Positions 1 through 12,606 of a stretch of DNA of 64,000 nt are shown piece after piece. The stretch spans positions 26,664,848-26,728,847 of the forward strand of contig CM120643.1 in assembly GCA_051362555.1 (NCBI GenBank), given 5' to 3'. Both the position numbers and the translations under genes were made by a program. The notes under the pieces were generated by a model. That model ran no database searches, had not been told where the DNA came from, and worked only from the letters and a program-made list of their open reading frames with translations. The stretch comes from Lingula anatina. Lineage: Eukaryota > Animalia > Brachiopoda. Position 1 is the stretch's first letter. Each line of letters begins with the position of its first letter.

Positions 1-90
1 TTGATATTTTTCCCATCTCATCAATTTTCTTAGTTGGTCATATAAAAATGGCAGTAAACTGTTTATTTTGCTTTATGTTAAAAAAAGTGT

Positions 91-266
91 TATCCCGCCG
101 CGTAATTACTGGCAGCGCGAGCCAGTTACTTATAGTAACTTATAGTAACTGGCTCGCGCTGCCAGTAATTACGCCGCGGGACATTAAGGGCAAAGAGCGT
201 GATCATAAGACATACCGCGAATAGAAAATAGAATTTAGAAAATAGACATTGCATGTGAACGAAGCC
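91..266. mobile_element. 5'-truncated copy of the palindromic MITE at 607-863
   Basis: Same central palindrome and right end (...gcatgtgaacgaagcc|tta); the left arm is missing. Confidence 0.75.
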
Positions 267-606
267 TTACTGTTCTCAAACTTACAGGAAAGAAACATGG
301 GTCTAAAATACAGCTTCAGTAGACAATGCAGTCTGTTTGGTAATTTTTTCTGGCAATTAAACAGTTTTTTGTGATAATTTAATTTTTCACTTATTGGCAT
401 TTTCAAGGTGTGACTTTGAAGTTCCATGATCCTGAAGACCTTTGCTTGTCACGTTTTCTAAATGTCCATGTTACTAATATTCTATTATTAAAAATTGATG
501 GTCATCATGTTGTTAAACATTATGTAATGTTGCATCAAAATTTGAAGAAACCCCTATTTTGGGCACTGCTCCCATGATGACCATTTAAGGAAAATCATGT
601 CACTTA

Positions 607-863
607 GGCTTCGTTCACATGCAATGTCTATTTTCTAAATTCTATTTTCTATTCGCGCTATCTTATGATCACGGTCTGTGCCCTGAATATCCCGCCGCGT
701 AATTACTGGCAGCACGAGCCAGTTACTTATAGTAACTTATAGTAACTGGCTCGCGCTGCCAGTAATTACGCCGCGGGACATTAAGGGCACAGAGTGTGAT
801 CATTAGACATACCGCGAATAGAAAATAGAATTTAGAAAATAGACATTGCATGTGAACGAAGCC
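607..863. mobile_element. Fully palindromic (foldback) MITE, PIF/Harbinger-like
   Basis: TTA|ggcttcgttcacatgcaatgtcta...tagacattgcatgtgaacgaagcc|TTA. The whole element is an imperfect inverted repeat with a 3-bp TTA TSD. Confidence 0.8.
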
Positions 864-2068
864 TTACTGTTCTCAAACTTACAGGAAAGAAACATGGGTC
901 TAAAATACAGCTTCAGTAGACAATGCAGTCTGTTTGGTAATTTTTTCTGGCAATTAAACAGTTTTTTGTGATAATTTAATTTTTCACTTATTGGCATTTT
1001 CAAGGTGTGACTTTGAAGTTCCATGATCCTGAAGACCTTTGCTTGTCACATTTTCTGAATGTCCATGTTACTAATATTCTATTATTAAAAATTGATGGTC
1101 ATTATGCTGTTAAGCATTATGTAATGTTGCATCAAAATAGAAGAAAGGACAATTTTTGGTGCTGCTGCCATGATGACCTTTATGGGAAAACCGTGTTACT
1201 TATGACTGTCAAACCTTTAAAAAAGGAACACTGGACTAAAATGCAGCCTGAGTTGGAAAAGCAGGCTTATTGGCTTCTTTTTCTGGAAGTTATACATTTG
1301 AGTGAAATATTTATTATCTCTTTGGCATATTCATTGTGGGACTCGGAGCTCCCATAGACATGAAGTCGAATGGTAATCAAATTTTCTACATGTCCATGCT
1401 ATTTATAGTCAATAATCAAAAATTGGTGATAATTATTCTGTAATTTATTATGTAATGGTACACAAAAATTGACAACAATTTTTTTGCACTGCTACTGCAA
1501 ACATTATGAAAAGAAAACTGTGTAACTTATTATTATTTTTAACTTACAAGTATGATTTTTAGGATAGTCATGTAGTTCAAATTAGAAAGCCAGGTCAATT
1601 GGGTTATCATTTATTATTGAATTTATGCAATTTTGTGTGAAAATTTCATTTTTCTCATTCTGGCACTTTCTAAGTATAAACTTGAATTTTGATGGGCCTG
1701 AAGCCTTATGCTTTTACTTTTGTTGGTGTTACCTGTTGTGCATAATTAAAATTTGATGTTGACTGTGCAGTTAAACATAATGTATTATTGCATCAGATTT
1801 GGTAGTCACCTATTTTGTGCATTATTGTTTTGTGCTTTTCTTAAGATGTGACTTATGGGCCTGAAAGACCTTTGAGAGGGTCAGTCTATAAATTTCCCTT
1901 GGGTATCACTTTGCTAAGTTATAAAATCATTTGCCTAATTAATAGGCCATTAAATGAGATTACATAAAGCACACTTGTTGATATTTCCCTGTAAACTGCC
2001 AAAGGTTAAGCTCTCTGCTAGATAAATAATAAGGAAGCAGTGATAATTATACAGGTAAATTATGCAGG

Positions 2069-2115
<47 letters not shown>

Positions 2116-2159
2116 AACTTGAAGATTAAAAGTTTGAATAGCAGCTTCATTGGAATTAT

Positions 2160-2377
2160 ATTTACCTCAGGCTCTGCCAAGGAGGTTATAGTTTGTCTGT
2201 CATCAACATAACTCAAAAGTTATGGACCGATTTTGCTGAAATTTTCAGGAACTAACAGAAGTGGGCCAAAGAGGACAATGATTAGTTTTTGGTGGTGGTC
2301 TGGCTCAATAATCAATCAATAATAATCAACAATTGCTGCCTTGGCAGAGGTCTGCACTCTCGGAGTGCTTTTCTAGT
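2160..2377 (+). mobile_element. Non-autonomous Helentron/HINE (DINE-1-like) element
   Basis: 5' subterminal ctgccaagg pairs with 3' ccttggcag; 3' hairpin gcactc-tcg-gagtgc; ends ...ttctag in a T-tract. Confidence 0.65.
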
Positions 2378-3272
2378 TTTGTTATGTTTCCTTTATAATT
2401 TTTTCTCAAACACTGCATTTGTGACTTTTAACTCTCATCCACCTGAGGCTCTGCACATTTTCTGTATTTCCACATAAGCAGTTGTTTTTTATGTCTTTAA
2501 ATAAACATATAATGTAATAAAATGTAATATTATTTTATGCACTATCATCATTTTTCAAATATTGAGACTTTCATCATGTGACCTTAGTCTCTCATGGTCC
2601 TGAAACTGTAATCTTATTTAAGGGGTGGATTGAGACCATCTTCTCGGTCTTCTGGAAGACAGGTTATTAAGTTTATATTGACTGGTATCTTTTTTTTCTG
2701 TTGGAAGACCATCAAAATGGAGGATGGATCAACATAGATACTTTGGAATACTGTCAGAAAATATCTCAGGGTCCGCTCCTGTTATTGACCATGTTACCTT
2801 GTTGTGCATGATTAAAATTCAATGTTGACTGATAGTGCTATTATAAGCATTATTTATTTTTGCATCAAAATTGACAAAATGACCTTTTTTGCATCTTTAT
2901 TTTCTGTTTTTTGTCTGTACATTTGACAGCTTTGCTGCCTTGTTGACCATTTGTATTTTTTATTTAATATAATATGCACTACATGTATAAGCTACGTGAT
3001 ACAGGGCTAAATTTAGTTTGAGATCTGCACACTCTGTGGCGCTGCAATCAGGGGTCAGCATGAGCCACTCAGATCACATCTTTCCTCAGTACTTCTTTTG
3101 AGATTTAAAATTTTTACAGTTAAAAATATATCAGAACATTATAAAATTTTATACCCATTTCCCACAATAAAAAAATATTAGAAAATTATTACTTCTAAAT
3201 TTATTTTAGGGTATTTATTTTGAAATTCAGTAAATATCGTAGAATTTTATTCAGTCATTCACGTATTTTCAG

Positions 3273-4560
3273 GATCCATCCACCTGAGCACTTTAAAGAC
3301 AAATATGGCGTTGATAAAGTAAAGTTTGTTGAAGATGTAAGTAACAGAAGACCAACCAAAGACTTTGAAAAATAACCCAACCTTAAGAGTGGCAGCTACT
3401 AATACAAAGGATTTGCTTAAATATAAACAGAAGAAAGTTGTGTTGGACTGACTGTCCATTTGTAAATTCAAAATGGTGTTGTAGATGGTTCTTCTGACTG
3501 ACTGAACACAATATTCTATCAGTCCTTGAAATATTTGTTAGTCGCAACTGGTAGGGTCAACTGTTTTAGTAGTGTCTGAAGTAATGATTTAACTTACATA
3601 TTTTAATGGTATATCAGTTAACAAAGTATGTACTGTTTCTCAATTAATGCTTCACATTACCTTCTGATGTAGTTAATTGTTATAAGTTGTATTTTTGTAT
3701 TGTAAATTTGCAGATTGCTACTGTTCTGAAGAATATGAATCCATCAAAACTACTCATTTTGGTAGGGAATGTTCATAAATATATTAATATCTACACTTTA
3801 AGATACATATCAAGTCAACTTTTTGCCACAAAAGCCAACCAAATGCCAGTGTATAGTTTCAAGTAGTATAACTAAGAGAATTACCAAAAGACATTGTTTA
3901 ATTTTACCTGATGATGTTTGAACGAATTTTTCTGCTGGCATCCTATGCTGTATGGAAAAGTAGGTTTAAAAATTTTTGTCTCTTAATTCACATAAAAATG
4001 AAGTGTTTCAGGATTATAAGGACTATGAATTTAATAGGTCTAGAGTTAAACAGGTTTTATATCTTCAGATCTCATTTAGAAGAAACAATTATCAGGACAT
4101 TTAAATGTTTTATTTTGATCTTTGAAAAAATTTTCCAAAACATTTTAATTCAGTACATTTTATTTTAGAGGGGACTTAATACTGACAGTGGCAAACATTG
4201 CAGAGAAGCAGCTTTTGATGGCATAGGGGAGTAAGTGAATTATGTTGTATATGTGTTTGGCGGCTTGGAAATACATTTTAGCATTAAAGATCTTTCATAA
4301 TTACTGTCAGTACCTGTCTCCATAACCTTACTATTAGTATTATGCAGTTAACACAGCCAGCATTTGTAAACTATAGCCTTAATCTTGTATGCTCCTGTTA
4401 AAAAACATTAATTCATTCCTTATATCATTGTGTGCACAGAATTTTTCTCTGCTTTTCTGTAATTTTAACCATTTTTAATGACTACTGCCTCTTGTTACAG
4501 TTTCACTGTGGACAACAAGTTGTTGCACCCTGAGATTATGGAGTGGTAAGTGACAGAATG

Positions 4561-4617
<57 letters not shown>

Positions 4618-7600
4618 GAGTACAAACTTGTGTTTTGATACTCAGGGTGGTTTGGTGCCTGACTATACTGAATTAAGCACCATCATGTCCCTGCAGTAAC
4701 CTTCTGAAAGTGGCCAAAGCAAATTTACAGAACAATGAATTTGGCATTTCAGTATCTCCCAGCTTTCTTTTTTAACATTGTCAGACTGAGTGTACCCATT
4801 TCTGATCTAAAAATGTTACAGGGGCTTTTAGCGTTTATTTATTCATTCATTGTTTTTTTTTTTTTAGCCGAGTGATTAAAACAGACATGGAGCTGGAGGT
4901 GTTGCGTTATGTGAACAGAATCAGCAGTGAGGCTCACAAAGAGGTGATTTATTGATGTTATTTTTATTTTACTGAATACTGGATGTACTGTTTGAGTCTT
5001 TTGTTCTTATCATTGGCCAGTTTAGAAGTCAAACACACAACTCATAGGTGAGGTGTATTGTATGTGGCATCCACATGTGATTCATACTGTTACAGGGCAT
5101 ATGCACTATCCCAGCTTATGGCGCACAGGAATCTTGTTGTCTATGTTGACATGCAATCATCCTTAAACAGATAGCATAATTTTTCTTCCATTTATGCATA
5201 TCATGTAAAAAAAAATTTACTCAACCCCCTGTGAAGGATTTTGACAAATATTTCACTTTCCCTCCTCCAGGTGATGAAGAGCATCAGGCCAGGCATGTAT
5301 GAATACCAGATGGAAAGGTCAGTAAAAGTGTAGGGCTTAGGGCTCAGGGTTCACTCTTGTATGGCAGTTTTCCAGTAGCCAAGTAGCTAGATAACTCTGA
5401 CCAAATGATTGGATAGTTCTAGACAATGGGCTGCAAGGCATACAACATTTGTTTAATGGAATCAGTTGCCATTTAAGCAACTATTTTAGGTTATTTACAC
5501 TACTCTGTAGATTCCATCTTCAGGCTTACAGTTTTCTTAGGTGATCAGATCTTAGTGACCTAGCTATGGGCTAAGGGACCATTCCCAGACCATACCATGC
5601 TAACTATGGGACGATCTATCTCCAAGGGGATTCTTGCTAAATTGCAATCAACTTAAGCAGCTTAGATGTCTGTCAGACTACTAAAGCTGCTAGAGGGTAA
5701 ATAATTATAATTGTTTATCAGCTTCAGAACATCTAAGGTGCTTAACATGAAAGTGATTTACTGAGAAATGCCTAAGAGATGGATCAATCCTGTTAGATCA
5801 TTCTAGGTGTGGGAACCCAGTGATAAATGCCTAAGGTACCCCATGGCCAATACAGTCAATATAATACAATATTTCTGTTTCAGTGCATTCCAGCACTATT
5901 GTTATGTGAATGGTGGAATGAGGATTATGTCATACACGTGTATTTGTGGAAGGTAAGGATAAAGGGAAAGATTGCATTAGAATTTCTAATTTTTTTTTTT
6001 TTTTTTTTTTGAAGGTGTATTTTCCTGGAACAGTGTAGTATTACACATAAAAAAGTATTGTTTCTCTTAGAAGAAAAGGTCTATTGCCAATAAGAAAAAG
6101 AAGATACAGCAAAGTATTGGTAAAGCCATAAAATTTTAAGCTACATACTGTATAAAATATATTGAACTGAATAGATGTAATTGTTTTTTTACAAAGTAAA
6201 AGTAACAGTGATGAAACTGTAACCTTTCCTAACAATAGCCCACATAACAAATGAAGCATTCAAAGGTAGATTGGTACTTTCAAGTTCCACTGAACTGGAC
6301 AGTGACAAAGTTTTTAAATTACAATGGGAATATTTCCAGCGACAAAACAAAACCCAGGCCTAATTTTCATGAGCCATGTAACCCATTACCTTCTGTTATT
6401 GTCTTTATTTTTTGCATATTTTCTGTATTTCAGCGGTTTCAACAGTTCCATTCTCCATTATGGACATGCTGGTGCCCCCAATAGCAAGAAAATCCAGGAT
6501 GGAGACATGTGGTAAGTATACCTAGGGATGGAAATTCATTGATTGTATCATCATTAGCATACCTCAAGGGCATCAAGCAGAAGTAACCTTTGCACTTTGC
6601 ATTTTCACAGATTGCAAGTTAAGCAAGTTTGAGAACTTTAGAAAATAGTAAGTGATGAAAGTGGTAAGAGGAGACCAAAGTATTATAAAATAAAACTTGT
6701 TACAATAAAACAGTCTGTTTGACATATTGCAGTTCACTCTACCAGGTCTGAAAATCATCGCCAGTGCTCCACACAAACTCTTGAGACCAAAACTTATTGG
6801 TTGATATCCTCAGGCTTAGTTGCCCTGAGCCTGTCTAATTCTGGGGTCAATAAGTGCATCTAATCACATTTTTCATACTCAAAATTCTGTATAATGTTTC
6901 TGCATTTTTCCAGTCTATTTGACATGGGTGCTGAATACCACTGCTACACCTCAGATATCACCTGTTCCTTCCCTGCCAACGGCAAGTTCACAGAGGACCA
7001 GAAGAAGATCTACAACGCTGTGTTCAAGGCAAGCCGTGCCGTCATGCAGGCAGTCAAGCCAGGTGAGTGAGCTGTGTGAATGGCTTAGTGTTATGTGAAC
7101 TGATCTGGGAGTTGTGATTTTATAACTGAGAAAATCTTAGTTGCAAATTATGTGGGTGAGCATGGATGTGTGTACTGAAGAAAACATTGTTAGGTTACTT
7201 GGTGGCAAATAACGTGGGTGGGTGTGGGTCCATGTGTTTAAAGAACTTCTTGTTTCTTAAAATATGTGGCAAATTATACAGTTGGGTATGGGGATATTCA
7301 GGAAAATGTTCCCATAGTTAAAAGTGACATATTACTGGTATGTATGTTTGTGTGGATGCTGTTCTTAGAATCAGAGAAAGCCATGCTGTCATTAACTACA
7401 ATTCTAATTGTGGTATTTTAAAACATGAACCGGGCCCAGTGTAGGGACCAATTAATTACTGTTAAATTCTACCACTAATAAACAACTGAAAGAAAAAATG
7501 TGTATTTGATAAATAAATAAATAAACTTAGAGTCAAAATAAACATTAGTTGACCCTTCACTGTAGGAGTGTCCTGGGTTGAGATGCATAAGTTGGCAGAG

Positions 7601-8483
7601 CGCCAGATTTTAGAGGAGCTGAAGCGACACGGCTTACTCCAGGGAGAGGTGGACCACATGATGAAGGTCCGCCTGGGAGCTGTGTTCATGCCACATGGGC
7701 TGGGACATTTCATGGGACTGGATGTGCATGACGTGGGAGGCTACCCAGAGGTGAGATTGCGTTGATTGTGGTAGTTGAGACAGTAAATTGTTGTGCCTGT
7801 CTTGATTGTGCTAGTTGTGTTTTCAGCAATTGTGTTGATGTAATTGTTATAATTATCATTCTGTTATAGAGGTAGTATTTCTTTGATACTGTTTGTCACT
7901 TGTCACTAAAGTTACAAATTTTTATTAAAATCTGCTGAAAAAATAAACTGTAAGACGTATTCTGTTTATCCTTTTAATAAGCAAAATATCCGGGCTTCAC
8001 TACGTATTGTAAATAATTTGAATTTAATTATTTCTACAGTTACAATAAAATTGTCTAAGAAAGCTAAACTAGTGTAAATTGTATTTCAGCTGTAAGTTAA
8101 TCTATTGATAGTTTCCCCAGAAAACAATTTGAATTAAAATTTTATGAATATCTTGTATTTTTCTGTGGCCAGGGTGTCCAGCGTATTGATGAGCCTGGCC
8201 TGAGACATCTGAGAACTGTCAGAACTCTGCAGGAAGGGATGGTCCTCACTATAGAACCAGGGGTGTATTTTATTGAACATGTTAGTATCTTGAGGATAGC
8301 AAAAATTATAGATGATAAATGATAGGGAAAATTTAAACGAACTTGGTCAAAGTAAAGTCCCATATTTTTAAAGTAATATGGACTTTTTAAAGCTTATCAT
8401 TTCTTCAAAGACACATCTTAACTGCAGTTTTCAACCATGTATTTTTTAATAGGAAAATATTTTGACATCTGCATCATCTTCTA

Positions 8484-8522
<39 letters not shown>

Positions 8523-9421
8523 TTAGTTGTTGAATGGTGCTCTCAACACTCCAGCTCATGCTGTGTTTCTAGTCAGGGATGAGATAGAGAGGTTCAGAAA
8601 CTTTGGAGGGGTAAGTTGATTCAGGGCTCATTCCCAATGACACTATCTGTCTACTTACACTCCATTTCCATAGATTAGATCGACCTACTTTAGATCGACC
8701 TAACTCCCTGGGGGTTCACGCTAAATAGCTGTCAGCTGGGCGGACACGAAAGTTAATTACCTCCTTACAGCTTATAGTAGGCGGGACGGACATTTAAGTC
8801 GGATTATCTGAAAGTAATCTAGTGAGACTCCCTGCGGGGATAGATCGATCTAAAATCTATGGGAATAGAGCCTTAGATCAATACAATTCCACAGGAACTC
8901 TGACTGATTGCAATCAGGTTAACTGAATGACACATCTCCTAGAGTGGAGTAGAATACAGAAAACTTGGTGATTGTACGAGTACTTTTGAAACAAGAGGAG
9001 GGGTGTTAATCTGTTAAACTGATTGCATTCAGCAAGAGTCCCCTAGGAGTTGGATCAATCTACGTAGACCAATCTCTCTCTCTCTCTCACACACACACAA
9101 ACACAGACGTACCCAGAGAAAGACATAGAGAGCTCTGTTAGGGTATTTAGATATTATATGGGTAATTTATAAATCGGATTTAAATATCAAAGACACAAAT
9201 GTTTTCATGAATTAAACCATTTTATGGAGGGAAAAAGAAAATGTTAAGTTGTCCAATAAATATAAACTAATTCATTCCAGGTTCGAATTGAAGATGACAT
9301 TGCTGTGACCTCAGATGGGATGGAGCTGCTAACAGACGTCCCTCGCACAGTGGAGGAGATCGAGGCTTTAATGGCATCTGGCAGACGACAGGATGGTGCT
9401 GCTCAGCAAACCAAAGCCTGA
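3273..9421 (+). CDS. PEPD: Xaa-Pro dipeptidase (prolidase, peptidase M24B); 5' exons lie outside the window
   Basis: GT-AG exons 3273-3336, 3714-3761, 4169-4230, 4501-4545, 4868-4943, 5271-5317, 5884-5952, 6434-6511, 6914-7062, 7566-7750, 8173-8280, 8527-8610, 9281-9421 join in frame. Motifs [39 protein letters not shown] and GGVRIEDD contain all Mn ligands. Stop TGA 9419-9421. Confidence 0.96.
3797..3965 (+). repeat. Dispersed repeat fragment (second copy ~10769-10952)
   Basis: 'aagtcaa.ttttgccacaaaagccaa.caaatgccag...aagtagtataactaagagaattaccaaa' occurs at both sites. Confidence 0.7.
8658..8872. mobile_element. MITE with TTA TSD (Harbinger-like) in the last PEPD intron; same family as 53121-53346
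   Basis: tta|cactccatttccatagattagatcga...tcgatctaaaatctatgggaatagagcc|tta; internal sequence is colinear with 53121-53346. Confidence 0.7.
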
Positions 9422-9708
9422 AGTTTTGCTGATAACTCTTTTGTGAATTCCATAAAATGGAAACATATATTTTGAAGTTAATAACTGATGACTGACTATT
9501 ATATATTTCAAAGACTATTGAAATTATCTGCTGTCTCTAAATGAAATACATATTAGGCATAATATGCCATATATTCAGTCTCTAAACCGGTATATAGATT
9601 ATTACATTTGTATTTATTGGGCTGATTTCCCAAAACAGCCCTAGTTTCAGAGTTAATGCATTGGGGAAAATGGTAGAGGCATGGTGGTAATGCAGAGATA
9701 GATTTCCA

Positions 9709-9952
9709 GGCCCCAGTTTCACAAAAAAAAAAAAAAAAAAAAAAATTGAGTCAGTTCCTGGCTTAGTTGACTAGGATTTCCATGAGAGTGCTGTAACATA
9801 GTACCTGATAGAGTAAGATGTGTGCATGTGACTGTGCAACATTGGTAATTAAGTTTTTAGCAAGGGAACCTGGCTTACTTTTATGTATTTATTTATTTTT
9901 ATTTACTTATTTATTTATTTGTTTGTTTTTTTATTTTTGTGAAACCAGGGCC
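9709..9952. mobile_element. Degenerate MITE just downstream of the PEPD stop
   Basis: TIRs ggccccagtttcacaaaaa / tttttgtgaaaccagggcc. Confidence 0.55.
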
Positions 9953-10768
9953 ATTAACTTCTGAAACTCAGAGTGCTTGTGATATGCTGAGATTTGTTCA
10001 GATATGAAACTGCTAAATCAGATGTGGTTTTCCTGTATGAAAAGTTGAAACTTACTTTTTGAAATGATCAAAAAGTCCCTTCTGGTCCGCCTGCCATAGG
10101 AATGATCAACATCCCATAATGTTGTAGGCTTGCAATGCACCTAACCTTTTTACAAAGCAAAAATGTTCATTTCCCAGACAATGTCAACTTAAATGATTTT
10201 ACAATTTCAAATTCAGTGGTCTCTATCTCCATTATGGTTGTGACTCAGAATGCAAAAAAATTAAATCTGTGAATTATATCTGAATTCACTTATGGACGAA
10301 CAGAGGTCAATTATTCATATTTGATATAGACTTGGGCAACGTTTTGTAACAGTTATATATTTCATTCCAGTAATTATTGGTTTTAATATGCTTCATTGTA
10401 TCATAAAATTGCTATTTGCATGTTACATTTATCGCGAACAATGGCCGATTTGTTTTTTAAATTGTTAAAAAAGTTATTTTGAAATACTGTATACTGTAAT
10501 ATGACATGAGCAAATTAATAACACCTATGTGCAACGATGGTCTCTGTAGGGAAATCAAAGTTGATATATATATATAAAAGTGATTCTTTAAGACTGGTGT
10601 TTTTAGTTATTATCAATTTTTTGGCATTGGGAAATAACTGTTTTACACACACAGTGCGCATGTGCAACTTTTGTAACAAAAGAAGCAGACGTCAGTTGCC
10701 TAAGACGCCTCACACCCACGACTTGATCCTTTCATTTCTTAGAAAAATGTGTCAGAGCAAAGATCTAT

Positions 10769-10952
10769 TTAAAGATGCATGTGAAGTCAATTTTTTGCCA
10801 CAAAAGCCAATCAAATGCCAGCATATAACTACAAGTAGTATAACTAAGAGAATTACCAAATGGCATTGTTTAATTTTACCCTAAAATAATATTTGAACGG
10901 ATTTTTCGTCTAGCATTCTATGCTGTATATCAATGGGCCAGAAAAGTAGGTC
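10769..10952 (+). repeat. Dispersed repeat fragment (homologous to 3797-3965)
   Basis: Direct sequence similarity to the PEPD intron copy. Confidence 0.65.
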
Positions 10953-12606
10953 GCAAAAGTAAGTTAAACTTCTGACCAAAAATTTTTAACAAGGGAGCAG
11001 TCCAAAGCTCTTAATGGCTGATCGAGTGACTTATTCAGTTTATCCCTTGGCATTTCGAATTTATTTGAGTCATATAAGAAACTAGTAGACGGGCATGGTC
11101 TATACACAATGTATGTGTTACTGGGAATCCACGCTCCACCCTTGCTTGGTTCATGTGTACTGTACCTTTAAACTTTAACGGCTCTGTTATAACTGTGGCA
11201 CTTTTTAAAGTTGAATATATTTTCTGGTTTCAAAGAGACTGCGGTTTGGGGAGTGTAGTGTATATACTGACAAATATCACATGGCACCCAAAACCAAATT
11301 GGGAAGACGGGAGCACCTCGGGGTCTGGGACAGGTACGCTATGATTATTGTTGACAGTTTCAGTGAACTCCAAAATAAAATACAGTTTCACAAATTTGTA
11401 AGAGATGTAACGATAATACGAGATATTAGGTGATGACTAATGTAGAGTCACAATAAAAAAACGCAGAGCAAAATTGCAACATGACAGTCAATAGACTTAC
11501 ATGTTTTTTTCAATAGACAAATGTTCCCAAGGCGATACGTAATATACTGTGCATCATGGCTTTAACACCCTAATAATGCGAGCATTTAGTGCTCTTGTCA
11601 CGAATCGTTTCCACTCAGATTGCCATTTTCTGATCAATTCGTGCTACTTGAAGACGGCAGCTCAGTTCGTCACACACGGCAAGTTAATGGCTGGACTACT
11701 ACCAGCCTTGCGAGGTTTGTTTTATAAGCCTGTGTGCTGAAACAGAGCTTTCAGAAAAGACCTCCGGACAAAAAACTGGTCTTTTAAAACTTAAAGAACT
11801 TAAAGACCGAATATTTTGGCTTATTTCAATTCAAGTACATCCAGGATAAATTCCTTGTACGGTAACTCTTTATCTTAAACAACAACCATTTCGCTTCATA
11901 CAACGACTGTAATATATTGCTACAGTGGAGTACGTCTGATCTATCTTGATCTCTAATTTGGTATAATGGATGATAGGGGCCTACTAGTATAAATGAGGTA
12001 AGGTCCCGCCTTTTTGTTCATTAATTTATTGTTTCTTATTTATTTATTGTTTTTCAATAAATTATTTATGTACATTTTGATATAGTTTTTATCATCATTA
12101 TTATTACTTTTATTTTGATAAGCTGGCCCGTCCCTATATCTGCCGATGGACCCAAAATTGCGGTGATTCTCAAGTGACAAACTATTCCATGGTTTTGTGC
12201 CCTAGCATAGCAGTTCATAGCAATATAATATTTTCCAAAAACTGCTCAGATAATAATAGAGCAGCTCAATTAGCAATTGCTGTAATTATCCAGGAAATTT
12301 TCTCTCCCGTTTCTGGTACTTCGGAAAAACGAGGACGCGTTTCAATACTTCATGCTGTCAGATAATCAGAATTACTTTGTAAGGAGTAGCATTTTACAAT
12401 ATTTTAGTCGTGAATGTTTATTTCCACACCAGCCGCTTAGTCAGTTTAAAATGTCATTTCTTACACGAAAATGAAAGGTTTCCTTTTTTCAAAGTGAACA
12501 GTTCATATTTCTTTTGTGTGGATGACTTATTTTTAGAAATTATTTATTTTCTCAAATTGCTTCCCTCCTGCTGAATCTGATGCAATTAACACAATAGATC
12601 CCTTAA

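Larger units (their letters stand above)
91..1900. repeat. Diverged ~330-340 bp tandem repeat array, probably in a PEPD intron; two units carry a palindromic MITE
   Basis: 91-~606 is nearly identical to 688-~1202 (offset 597). More diverged units without the MITE start at ~1200 and ~1525, sharing motifs such as 'aaaattgatggtcat...ataatgt...gcatca'. Confidence 0.8.

Noticed and set aside
203-1357. Duplicated 73/74-aa ORFs and a 116-aa ORF
   Set aside because: They lie in a tandem repeat and MITE, have non-ATG starts and show no protein-like features.
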